From contig OZ037769.1 in assembly GCA_964035545.1 (NCBI GenBank), positions 1,054,001-1,118,000 of the forward strand: DNA of 64,000 nt. The letters are read 5' to 3'. A program made the translations under genes and the position numbers. Every line of letters begins with the position of its first letter. Within the stretch, counting starts at the first letter, position 1. The stretch is from Bugula neritina (Eukaryota > Animalia > Bryozoa). Below are positions 28,101 to 40,992 of this stretch, one piece after another. Below the pieces are notes generated by a model. It made no database searches. It saw only the letters and a program-made list of their open reading frames with translations, and had not been told where the DNA came from.

Positions 28101-31100
28101 TTCATAGGTAGACATAAGGCGAAGTAAAAGAACTCACTCCCTCATCATTGAGACTGAAGATTCCAGACTTCTATCTCTAATAACACACAGGTTTAAGACA
28201 GAGTTGAACATACCACCTGAGGCTTTAACTACTAGAGAGTGAGTTATATAATCATAGCTTTTTAACTACACATTACCTACATGTTTTGACTACAGGGTAA
28301 CTTTGCTAGGAATAAAAACTGTAGAATAACATGCAAAAGATATTTTTGAGGATTTATTTACCTGATGGAAACATCATTATGACTTGTTAGATCGTATCCT
28401 AGACCAGCTGCACTGGAAAAATGATTTTCTTAGAATTTTTTCAACAATTTGAAGTTATAATTCTGATTACAAGGTTGCCGGAAGTTAAAGTAAAGAACAC
28501 TTACAGACTGCATAAGAGGTCATTGGAAGAGTTTGATGTTACAGCTTATAACTCACATGAAAGTGTAAGTCATCTGAAAGTGTAAGTCACATGAAAGTGT
28601 AAATCACTTGTAAGTGTAAGTCACTTGAAAATCATGACTTAATCTACTTTCTTTGTGTGGCAGTTTTAATAAATTCAAGGTGTTGTTTCTTTCTGGTTTC
28701 AGGTAAATGATTATCTGGATGAATTGTCAATCTCATACCCTGACCTTGTTACCACCAAGATTATTGGTTATACTCATCAAAACCGTCCAATCAAAATACT
28801 CATTGTAAGTAAACGTTGATAATATAGTTCTGAACAAGCACTTTAACTTTAGTACATCATAATATAATATATTGTGGCTCTACTTATATCTGTAAATTCC
28901 TTATTATAATATTAAAAAGAAGGATTTAATAGTTTGACACAAATGTATACTTTGTGAAATATTCATAGAATAAAATTAGACACTTGCTGTTTGCTATAAG
29001 CGCAAACCGGTCAAACGTATTGTATTTGTTTAGAAAATATAGCCAGAAATCTTTAGTACTTTAGACTTATATAGATATTTCACCGTTTTGAAATTAGTCT
29101 CGGTAAAGAAGTGGGAACATCGAAATAAATCAACCTTTTTACGCTATACTTTACACGGAATACACATACATCAACCCAGCTATGTATGTTAACAGTTTTA
29201 TACTCACACAGATAAATAATAAAAAGAGTGGAGCTAAACCAAAAGTCTTCATTGATGGGGGACAACACGCGAGGGAGTGGATTTCGCCTGCAGTTGTTAC
29301 CCATATGATATATCAGGTAACTTTTTCTTGTGGGTGTGAAATTGACATGACTAAAAAAAATAAGCACAAGTAGAACATGCATAAGTAATTATTCATCTTT
29401 TTACTTTTTGAACACCAAAAAATATGTTTTCTAAGTAACATTCAGTTTCATTTTGTCCTTGGCAAGCATATAGCAATATAAATATATAAATATAAATTCA
29501 GTAATATTTCGTTATTAAACTTATATACTCAATATAACGACTGTGATCAACTAATTTTAAGATATAAGGAAATTGTCTTTTAGCAAAACATGAATATAAA
29601 AAGTGTGGACAGATTCAGATAACTAAGGCTACTGAATATTTTCAGCTGATTAATGGTTATTATAAAGGAGATGATAGACTGAGATCCATAGTTACAAAGT
29701 ACGAGTTCCACATGCTGCCCATCCTAAACCCAGATGGCTACGTCTACTCTTACTCTGACCACGGGGTGAGTGACATTGCATGTTCTTGATTTTTATACCA
29801 GCAGCATTTCCTTTCTTATCTAAAGGTCAAAGTTCAAATCTCCCCATCACATGTGCTTATATAAATTAACTGATACAACAAGAAACTTGAAAGTTGGCAA
29901 AACACAAAATCTTGTGTCAACCCAAACTAATTTTTTTGTCAATTTATTTTCTTAGTACTTCAAAACATCAACATGATATTATGTAAGTGCCAAGATTAGG
30001 TTTTAATTGACGCATTTGTTATTTTTTACACAATGCTATGACGGTTGAAGCTTAATTTCTTTCTCAAACATATTTGATGGGAATCAAAAGTCTCACCAAA
30101 TATTGTAAAATTAGAGTGCTGGTTCATCTTATCTAATGTTTGTTATACATCTATATATCTATGTTCATTATATCTACGTATATTTTTACATGTACATATT
30201 TATATATCTATACACGTGCCAGTTTGGTTGTAGATTCGACTGTGGCGTAAGAACATGAATAACATTACAACTTCAAACTGCACTGGAGTGGATCTCAACC
30301 GAAATTGGGACTTTCACTGGGCAGGTATGTAGGTGCCTTAAACTAACTTAAACCCGACGAAGAAATTAGTATAACATCTCCTATACTTACCTTATATATA
30401 TAGTAGTTACTGCTGTTATACTATTAAAGATTTCAACATTTATGTATATTATTAAATGATATGGTAATGGCTTGCTGTATTATGATTAATTGCTTAGTTA
30501 AACTATAATTATATCCATCAATTCTGGCAGTTAAGTGATATATGTTTAATTATAAGTAATTTAGGTATGTAAATCAAGCCTAATTTCTATATGTCTACTT
30601 ATAGGAAGAGGAGGGAGTAGAGACGAGTGTTCCATAGTTTATCAAGGACAATCAGCATTCTCAGAGAAGGAAACTAAAGCTACATCTGATTATATTCTAA
30701 GTTACCAAGGCCAATGGCACTCCTATTTCTCCTTTCACAGGTGCGTTGTATACGAAGTATGCATATTTTCTAGTTGCCTGGCGATAGTATTTTCTATTTA
30801 TTTTTAAAATGTCATATATACTATTTAAAAGAAATGAATTTTAAACACAATGTTCTAATAAATGTATAAGTGCAGTAGATTGTTCCAGTTTACAATTACT
30901 TTAAGAAACACAATAAATTTCTAATAAAGTTTTCCTTTACAGAAGGTTATTTTTATAATATTAGAATATAGTATCATGGCATAATGTGTTAATACAATAT
31001 TATAACTATTACGATTGCTATTTCAACTAATGGCTTTATAACTATTATATTTCTTCCTCAATTACAATGAGAAGACAACTACTTGTGCTCTTATGACTTT

Positions 31101-32048
31101 GTAGTTTTGGTCAGCTGATTCTGTTCCCCTACAGCCACACGGCAGCACCCAACCCAGATTATGATAAACATAGGTCGGCAGCAAAAAGTTTAGCTGCCGG
31201 TATAAAGTCTGTTAATAACAGAAGGTATACAGTGGGTGCTGTAGGGATGATACTGTGTAAGTATGTTATAGTACATGTAAATTACTTTCTTAATCTAAAT
31301 CAAAACTATATCTATAATAATAGTGAAGATTTTATTATTTACTGGACACAGAGTGCAGAGATGGTTTTTTTGGTTCCATAGCAAAAATGATACACCTGTA
31401 CTTATAATTGATAAATAATTTTTTGTTCATTAATTAATCACTTGTTATTTGATTGCTAATTTATAGATTATTGGTTAATTTGATTTCTTGTTAATAGATT
31501 GCTTAAATTAATTGATTACTTGTTAATTTAATAATGATTAATTAATGAGTAATCAGTTTACATGTATACTCCTTTATTGCTTACTCATAAGGATTTTATA
31601 GTTTAAGGAGATTAAAAATATAGAAACATTGTATTTTGCATAGTTTTTCAGTTTATGCCACTTCTAAGTAACATTTCAACATTTAGGTTTTAATATTTTA
31701 CTTGCAGATGAAGCCTCGGGTAGCTCAGAATCTTGGGCATACTCGATAGGGGTGCCATACAGTTATACCTTGGAGTTGCCCGACCTTTTCACATTTGTTG
31801 TACCTACAGATGTCATTGAACCAACAGCCAATGAGCTTCTTCAGGGACTTGTAGAATATTTTCAACTTATAGAAGAAGAAAACCCTAAAGTGTACAAGCA
31901 GCTTGTAGCTAATATAACTGAAAGTCTTCCAACAAGGGAAGATAACTATCAAACAAGCGACTCGTTATACAGTTCGGAAAGAAGAAATTCACAGAATATC
32001 TTCTTACTACTATGTTTGACGATGATGTGGGGCATTATTTACTACTAA
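22149..32048 (+). CDS. M14A zinc carboxypeptidase (CPA/CPB subfamily) preproenzyme, ~477 aa. Exons: 22149-22219, 23374-23467, 28108-28238, 28474-28564, 28703-28804, 29212-29316, 29646-29765, 30234-30324, 30605-30740, 31105-31256, 31708-32048
   Basis: Signal peptide MKRLSLYILLYLLVTSVTYS; pro-region ending RLHKR|SLEEFD; zinc ligands in HAREWISPA and FHS; NPDGY, RLWRKN, GVDLNRNW, YEASGSSESW and catalytic Glu in TLELP. Phases are consistent (1434 nt). The pro-domain exons are less certain than the catalytic exons. Confidence 0.88.
28554..28630. repeat. 17-bp minisatellite starting inside carboxypeptidase exon 4 and repeating its donor
   Basis: (tcacatgaaagtgtaag)n, ~4.5 copies. Confidence 0.8.
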
Positions 32049-32777
32049 GTTGCCCTATATGACATATTCAAAACAAATGCATAGGAATTGAACTTATACG
32101 TGCAACTAGCTTGTCGTTACAAAGCTACTAGGAATTGACCCAGCTTTACAAAAATGATCTAAAAGTAACATTTTATTTATTTATTGGACATTGATTTTTG
32201 ATTGAAAAAAGTTTATTTAGTGATCTAACTCAATAACTTGGTTATGTGTTAGTATTTACCAAAGAGCATCTCTATTTCCTATTTACAAATTGAATATAAT
32301 TATACAACTATGTTCTATAAAAACTTGGGTGCTGAAATGAATGTTTGAATTTTTTACAATGTATTTTATTTATAGTCTTTTGCGCTGTTTTCAATGTAGA
32401 CCCAGTCATCATGATCTCAATAAAACATAATATTATCATTATAATACTTATACACGAAGCAGGTGCAATGGGAAGGACAACTCTGAGCTGCAAATCATAA
32501 CTAGCGCAAAATCGAATAGAAATAAAATAACTATTACCAAAGGAAATCATCCTTGACATAGTTTGATCTAATTTTAAAAATCACGATATGCCTCGTTAAC
32601 AATAAGCTAAAGCTGAGGAAACACAACCACGCTTTTAAAGGTACTCCTTCAGCATTTGAGTTGCAACTTTCAAGTTTTAGCATGTCGCCTTACAGCTTTT
32701 AGTTTATTTATAATATTTTGCCATCTTTTGTGCATCAGTTTAGCTACTTGTTATTCTAATTAGTATGAACCAATAAA

Positions 32778-35022
32778 ATGTGGAGAAAAATTTCTATAAC
32801 TAAAGCTGATATTGACCTAAAACCTTTATTAACTTGTGGTCAATCTTTTACCTGGAAAGAAACAAGCCCGAATATTTGGTCAAATGTGATTGGAAATGTT
32901 GTATTTTCTCTCAGTCAGTCAGAAAATGCTTTACTGTGGTGCACGCCTTGTCGAGATCAAAATGAAATTAAAAGTATTCCACAACTACCTTCGATAACTC
33001 GTGATTATAGTCATACTCATAATGATAATGATAAGGATGACAACCCTGGCGAAGACGGTTCGAGTCTCAGTCTGGGTGCGAATCATATTCACAATTGTAA
33101 TAGTAATGATGGTCATCGTCACAATGACAAGGATGATACTGTGCTTGTTTCTAAATACCCTTTCTCTGAAAGTAAATCACACAGTAAAAATCTTGTTTCC
33201 AGTAAGTCTGAGACTCTCACTGATCCTGGTTGTAATCTATCTGCTCCGCCTAAGACTAAAGAAAGCCATAATAGATGCCGGAACAGACAAAACAGCAGTG
33301 ATCTTCTGTCTAGCTGTAAAAGAAAGACTACCAAAATGACAGCACTGTCAAGTGATTTAGATTCTGAACCTGATTATGACAACGCAAAGAAATTGAAAAC
33401 TGAAAGTGAACCATCTGGTCACTATTATTGCGTAGAAGATGATAAAATTTATGAGCAAAAACTAGTTGATTATTTTCAACTTGGCGTCGATCTTTCAGCT
33501 CTTTACAAACAATGGTCTTCAGCTGATAAACACTTTCAACTCATATCTGACAGATTTCCTGGCATTCGAATAATGCGACAAGATCCTACTGAAAATTTAT
33601 TTGCTTTCATTTGTTCATCAAACAATCACGTGTCTCGAATCAGTGGAATGGTAAACAAGCTGTCACAGAACTATGGCACTAAGCTAGGTACTGTTGATGG
33701 CACTGATTTATACAGCTTTCCAACTGCAGACAAACTTACTGGCTCTAAAGTTGAGAGTCATCTAAGAGAGCTTGGCTTTGGTTATAGGTATATATTTTGT
33801 ATCTAAACTGATATTATATTTTTGAATATTGTGCATGTGTGTTTTAGCTATAAAGTGATGCTATCTGATTGATTGAGCATACATTCAGGTATTTGTACGT
33901 GGTTCATTTCATGATTTCAAAAATCTTTGTTCAGCTAGCTTCTAGAGGTTATTGTAAAGTTTTTATAAGATGCTGTGTTTCCTGTTGACTACATATCAAT
34001 CGGTAATTAACAGCTTTATAACTAAAGGCCTTTTCTCACCTAGTTGAAACTTCTCTGTACTTTTCTCTATTAGTATTTTATGTCTGGCCTCCATATTTGA
34101 ACTTTGTAGAGCTAAGTATATAGTAGGAACAGCGAAAGTACTTCACAAGGAAAGACCAGAAGGATTTCTCAATAGCCTTAGAGACCGACCCTATGAAGAG
34201 TGCATAACTGAGCTAACAAAGTTCCTAGGAGTTGGACGAAAGGTAACTTTTGATCTCAGTCTTATTGTTTATCTTTAATGTGCATTTTTCCTCTTCTTGG
34301 CTATCTAGAAGTCTGCCATACTATATATCTGTATACCATTGATGTCTTGATGTGTATTAACAGGTGGCTGACTGTGTGGCATTGATGTCTCTAGATAAAT
34401 CACAAGTAGTCCCCGTCGATACTCATGTTCTGCAGATTGCTATTAGAGATTATTCTATACCTGGTAATGTATTCTATAGATTGCTATTAGATATTATTGT
34501 ATACTGGGTAAGATTGTATTTCTAGATTTTTTATTAGTAGATATATGTTTTATAGATAATTTTGAATTATTTTTATGCAGTGCTTAAGATGATGTTTTTA
34601 AATTGATATAATGAAATATCGGTGTAGTATATTATTTGTTTGTCATTATTTAGAATACAGTCTAACTCATTGCAAACTGTCATTTCTTGTTTTAATCATT
34701 TCTTTAGACTCTGTTTAAGTGTTGAAATAAACCCAAAAGTCTTCACTCAAATATAAACATTCTAGCTAGTGCTAGTGATTATCTTCTCTTTGTGACTGGA
34801 TATTTCCTTGTAGGTGTGACTAAGAACACTCGATCTCTAACTCCAGCTCTACATGATAAGATTGGTAAATACTTCATTGACCTCTACGGTGATCACGCCG
34901 GCTGGGCACACACTGTGCTATTTGCAGCTGACTTGAAGAGGTTTAGTGATCATAAACCAGTCGGTAAGAAGACTCCGCCTGCACCCAAGAAGAAACAGAA
35001 ATCTGCTAAAAGTGTTAAATAA
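32778..35022 (+). CDS. OGG1: 8-oxoguanine DNA glycosylase/AP lyase, ~483 aa. Exons: 32778-33787, 34110-34242, 34364-34463, 34814-35022
   Basis: [62 protein letters not shown], HhH GVGRKVADC (catalytic Lys), PVDTH (catalytic Asp), [17 protein letters not shown] and a basic C-terminal NLS. Confidence 0.95.
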
Positions 35023-37515
35023 ATAATGAAATTTGCAATTACTTGTTTTATTATAGCACTTTGAAATGTTCTTTCTATTATTTTAACTAAAAGCTGTTTT
35101 TAAACCATCTTTTTGCTATTGCCCACAAAATCTCACCGTGTTGCATGCTATGCATGGATAATAGTTTATTATTGTTTATTGTAATTTAGAGTTATCTTAT
35201 TTTTGAAATCTGACCTTTCACATTGAAATATATACATGTACATAATATAATGCTGTGAGTCATTGTTTTGAGTTAGTAAGTACACCCTCACTCTGCAACT
35301 GGTAGCCTTCTAACATTACTTGGTCTCTGGCGGGTAACATACTTGCTCACTTCAGAGCCTGAGTTCCTGCAAGTATAATAGTACAAAAGGTTGTCTACTC
35401 CCTAAAGAATAGAGGCCATCTTGTATAGCATCTATTATCATATCAACAGGTAATGACTGTACGGCATCTTACACTAATAAGCATTTCTTCAAGTCAATCT
35501 TCATAATTCTCCAAACATCTAAAAATCACAATTAGTTTTCCAATAACTAAGTATTCCGGATGAAACAGTAAAAGAGTCAGTAGAATACCAGTAGAGCAGG
35601 CAAGTAATGAGAGACGGGAAACAGTCTATGCCTGTTTATTGATTCCCACTGAGAATACTAATCTCAAAGTGCATGTGATAGCCTCTAGTTTAGTGCAAAT
35701 AAAACTTTTTAATGGGCTTTTCAAACTCCCCCCCCAACTGTTGAGGTATAAAAAGGACTTGATTAATTGCTACTTTAGATTGAAATTAAGAATCTGTTTG
35801 TATCTTTATGACATTATTTCTGGGATAAGTTTAGCCAACATAATGCTGTGCTATACACAGTTTAGTTGCGACTTGCACATTCAGTAACTTGTTTAACCAA
35901 AATTTGAACCTAGCAAAAAAATTGGAACATATTTTGTCAGCCCCAACCTAAGGTATAATCATGGTAGTGGCCCACAGGCAATGTATAAAAATAGTAACAC
36001 ATCCATTGAAACAGGACTATAAGCACATAATTCATATGCTAACAGAAAATAGTGTTGAAATGTTTACAGAATAATAATAGAAGTGGGTAGTGTAAACTCT
36101 TGAGGTGCGCAAGAGGAATGTCAGGTGATCGGAAAGTGTTTGATGTTGGAGATAATGTTTACTAAAATGTTAAGACTGCTGCCCGGCAGCATAGAGCTGC
36201 ATATACTGTTGCAGCAGCAAGAAATAAAAACATATTAAAGCAGTCTATGGTTTTGCTTTGGATGCTTTGTGGAACATTGGAGAATCCGAATTGATCAAAG
36301 TTTTACAGGTGCGTATAATATATAAGGTAATATAATAATATATAAAGTAATATATATATATATATACATATTAACTATAAAGGACTGTCAAATAGTAAAT
36401 ACTTGGTTTATAGCATCTTTCAATTAATATTGTAAATTCTGATGTCTTCATATTATTTTGAAATCTTTGTAACATATTAAGAGTGCATCTTCATTTCTAA
36501 AAATGTAGTGGCTGTACTTAGAATGCTTTGCACTTGGTTATAGAAAATGCAGGCAACACTTGACCCATAATGCACTTGCTGACAGCAAATATACCTGACT
36601 ACCTGCATACCTGTACATGATGACCTAACCGAAGCCTTCATGCAGCAGCTCTTTGCATGCAGAGTACTGAATGTCTTCGGTGTGAATAAAATTGAATTTT
36701 TTATGAGAAATAGCTATTTTTTGTAAATTTTTAAAAAAAGCTAGCTGTGATAGTAAATTGATAGAAGGCTGCTTTGTTATCACATTGACTCGCTGCCGCT
36801 GAAAACCCAGACATACGCCTACAACTCTCACCTCTGTTACATTGCGTATTGTTACTCATATCAATGTACATGTTTATTAATATTATTAGGCAAATCCCTT
36901 TGACCTGCTGAGGTTGGAGCTGCCAATTGCTAATAACGCTGCCTGCTGCAGAGTTAAGTGGCTGAGTGTTTATGACACAATGGCCAGATATCTTATCTTT
37001 CTAGACTGTGAATAGACTACCTGCATACTACTATATAAGTTATATTTATTACCTGCATACAACTATATAAGTTATATTTATTACCTGCACACTACTATTT
37101 TATAAGCTATAAATATAACTATATAGGTACAAGATTGGCCAGTTATTAAGAAGTTGCTGAAGTGTATTTCTCTTCCTTGCTGATTCGAAATACACAAGAC
37201 ATTTTGAGTTAGAGTGCAGTGACAGACCTTTACCTGTATATTTTTTCCAAGGCAAGATATTTTTATATATATAATCTATAAGTAACATTACATAATATGA
37301 AGGAATAATAAATATTACATAGTTTTATTATTTGTTTTATTTTCTAAATGCTAAAAACTAAGAGTTGCAGAATTAAATAAATTACAGAAGTTTTACAAAA
37401 AATTTGCAGGTTATATTTTATTTTCTTCCTACTTGGATTTTGTAGAATACTTAACCAATACATTTCTCTGCACTAATACACCCGAGAAATGGGGTAAGTG
37501 TTTATATTTATATAA

Positions 37516-37633
37516 TGTGTGTGTGTGCGTGTGTGCGTGTGTGCGTGTGTGCGTGTGTGCGTGTGTGCGTGTGTGCGTGTGTGCGTGTGTGCGTGTGTGC
37601 GTGTGTGCGTGTGTGCGTGTGTGCGTGTGCGCG
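37516..37633. repeat. (GTGTGC)n microsatellite
   Basis: Direct inspection. Confidence 0.95.
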
Positions 37634-38782
37634 AGTGTTTAAATACTATATATATGTTTATAACTTTTGCTAAAATTTTGTTGAACACTCAATCTTTATT
37701 GTACGTAACAGTTTACAAGACTTATATAAAATCTATCTATTTCAAAGATTTTACAAACATATTTAATATTAAGATGATGGCTTTAATGTAAAAATATAAA
37801 CAAGTGTATTAATTGTATTTTAAAAATTAAATGCAGATATTTGACATGTAGAAGTTATATACTTTTACAACTGCTGCTATAGCGTAGAAATTAATATCCA
37901 CATAGATATGAATATTATACTATATTTAGTTTGATTTCACAATATAGACGCATCTACTTATAAAATATATTGGAGTTACTACACCTTGCATAGTGAGACA
38001 TTGTTCTGTCTAACATTGAATTACAAGAAATTCTGTGAAAACACTGTTACACTGATTTTGATTAGGTGAAATGGCTAAAAAGTCTGTTAGTAATTTGTTT
38101 GTATATAAAATCATAAGCTGTAAAATTGTTTGAAAAGAAGTAAAAAGACAAACAATATTTCGATTATCTTAATTAAAATTTGTAAAAGGCAGCAGCAAGT
38201 GTAGCACTGGAAATACAGTTGGACGTTTAAAACTATTAAAATTAAAAAATGTGTTTGATATTAGATATTTTTATACGATTTATACACAAATATTACTTTT
38301 AACAATGAAGTAAGTAAAATAAAATGCTTACTTCTTTAAAATATCAGGTTTTGTGATTCACTGATGTAAAGATAAAAGTATATTATTTTCAACTTTCTCA
38401 AAACTCCTCCAAAATTTCCTTGTTGTCTTCTCCTGCCATTAGTGTTAATTGCAACATATTTATATACCAAAAGTGCCATTGTATTATATTTAGTAGCAAA
38501 TCTATTAAATGCAATAAATTTAATTTTCCATTTAAAAAGGTGTTAAGTGAATTTGAGTTCAAGTGAAGTGCAACCATGTCAATCAGCATTAATTATCTTA
38601 CATTCTACGTCAGCGTAATTATATTATAGAATTATTGAGAATCAATACAAATCTTCGTTATTACATTTTATTAATGCAACTCCTACACATGGGTTGACTG
38701 CCATTATCATACATTGCAGTCTGCACTTGCATGCCTTACATTCCTTCATGGCTTACTAAATCATGTGAGTGGATAATATTAT

Positions 38783-38840
38783 GTAATATAATATAATATA
38801 ATATAATGTAATATAATATAATATAATATAATATAATATA

Positions 38841-38913
<73 letters not shown>
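38783..38913. repeat. (TAATA)n + (TA)n microsatellite
   Basis: Direct inspection. Confidence 0.95.
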
Positions 38914-38917
<4 letters not shown>

Positions 38918-39956
38918 AAATGAGTGTTTATAAAACGTTACTATATATATAATAGGTCTAAAATATTTATAAAGATATGACTTGTAGTGTGTTGTTTTGA
39001 TTTTGTATTTTACCAACAATCCATGCATTAAAATCAAACAGATTTGTCACTTTATTTTGTAAGAAACTAAATTTTACAACAATATATTTTTCTACATGCT
39101 TTAAAATAATAAAGTTTGTATTAAATATAATAGTTGGTAACTTTATTAAAATGCTAATAAATTTTGGTTTTAGAAGCAAAAAATGTTGCATGTTAAAAAA
39201 AAGCAGTTGGAAAATGTTTCGTAGCAAAAACAATAAAAGCCTAATCTCATTTGCACGTTTCAATGATGATTGTGAGATGAATCATGTTTATTACTAAAAT
39301 ATTTTTATGTTGCATATCTAGTAACAACAAAAGCAGCATATTCAAGTTAAATTTGTACATTGTTTACGTATACCATATTTACAGTAATAATATATCAGTT
39401 ATACAAGTTGAATGTTATATAACATTGTTGGCATTGTGTTCATATAATTCACAATTCCACCTTGTGGCACTTGTCACCTTATGGGAACATGTTATCACGT
39501 CTCATGTCAACCAAATGGGATATGTGAATAGCATGCATGCATGTTCAACATAAAAGAATGAAACATTTGGTAACCTATTTCTATTGTTATTACTTTCATT
39601 TATATTATTGTTAATCACAGTATTTAAAACATTTGAGATTAACAAAGTGCGTGACATTTACAATACATACTTTATTCTCTCAACAGCTGTACCCACCACT
39701 AGCCTTATCCTTTCTGCTGCCTCTGTAGCTGACCCTTCTGCTCTCTCTGTTTGTTTATTGTTTTACATGTTTTCACCGATGCTGACATTTAATGATGGAG
39801 TGTTATGTTTTAGCTGTGTTTAACAGTCATAGATAGCTACAACATATGTATCAAATACAGCTAGTTATACGCAGTATCTGGTATATGATACAGTAATAAT
39901 ATTAGCAGTTTTACATGATATGTTATAATAATATAGTAGTATACTGTGTGTTGCAG

Positions 39957-40031
39957 GCAAGCCTACGGAATCCAAAGAGGCCGAACTAGAAATATATTTG
40001 CTGCCAGAAGAAAAAATGAGACAAATGAAAG
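39957..40031 (+). other. Candidate upstream exon of the K2P channel (5' UTR or N-terminal extension MRQMK...)
   Basis: gttgcag acceptor, 75-nt open phase-1 exon, G|gtaaat donor. It would join the acceptor at 40948 in frame with [15 protein letters not shown]. Confidence 0.4.
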
Positions 40032-40992
40032 GTAAATTATGCTGCCAAAATATTTTCTAAGCTTTTTTATCTCCACTTGCAGGAGTTTGTTTCATAAACA
40101 AACATATTTAATAAAAATGGAAACATAGCAATGTTATAACTTGAACATTTAAAAAGGCATTGTAATAAATTAAACAGAATTAAGTTGAGACTCATTGGTT
40201 ACATGTAAACTTTCAGTTTAAAGCGTTGACATTAATAAATAATTCACATAACTTTTACAGGGACTCAATTTATTTGCTTTATGAGTATAACATACAGATA
40301 GGCCTTACTACAGCAACTGGTACATGAGCATTAGTATAGCAGCATGCCAACACACGTCATATTATATAGCTTCTCAATACAAGTGTTCTGTCAGCCTAGA
40401 GATTATAAGTTAAATGCCCAGCTGCATACAAGCGATGCCTCAGCAGCGAGTAACTGGAGTTATACAGTATATTATTCTAAAGGCAGATCATTTAGTAGAG
40501 ACTAATTGTGTGTCTAATGTACAAAGCAATATAGATGACTATAAAGTAAGAATTGCTGACTCAAAGACTGCAATAGGCAGCATGAGGCAAGCCTAGTACA
40601 GTGGTGTCATTCGTATTCAGTCTGTTACTAACTGAAGGAGAGCTATGAAGTAGGCTAATTGTTTACTTATCTTTAATTTATTCACATCTCTTATGGAGAG
40701 AAGGTTGAGATAAAATCAATTACTCAGGTGTCTAACACAGGTAGAGATAACTTACTATATTTCAATCTATAATTTATAAAAAGAACAAAATACTAAAAAC
40801 ATGTCATGGCTGGTTAATATTTTTAATATTTGATGAGCCAAAGCTATGGTCTCTTGAGACCGTAGGAGGCCATACGACTATGAGACAAAACAAAAAGAAT
40901 ATTCAGTTGAAATTTATTCATATTGCTCTTCAGTTTATGCTTTTGCAGTCTTCAGTCAAATGAATTCTCATATTAAATATCTTCCTTGTAGT

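Noticed and set aside
37433-37791. CV/HT-repeat ORFs here and at 44379-44689 and 48946-49335; T/S/V-rich ORFs at 8595-8914 and 51279-51620
   Set aside because: Translations of microsatellites
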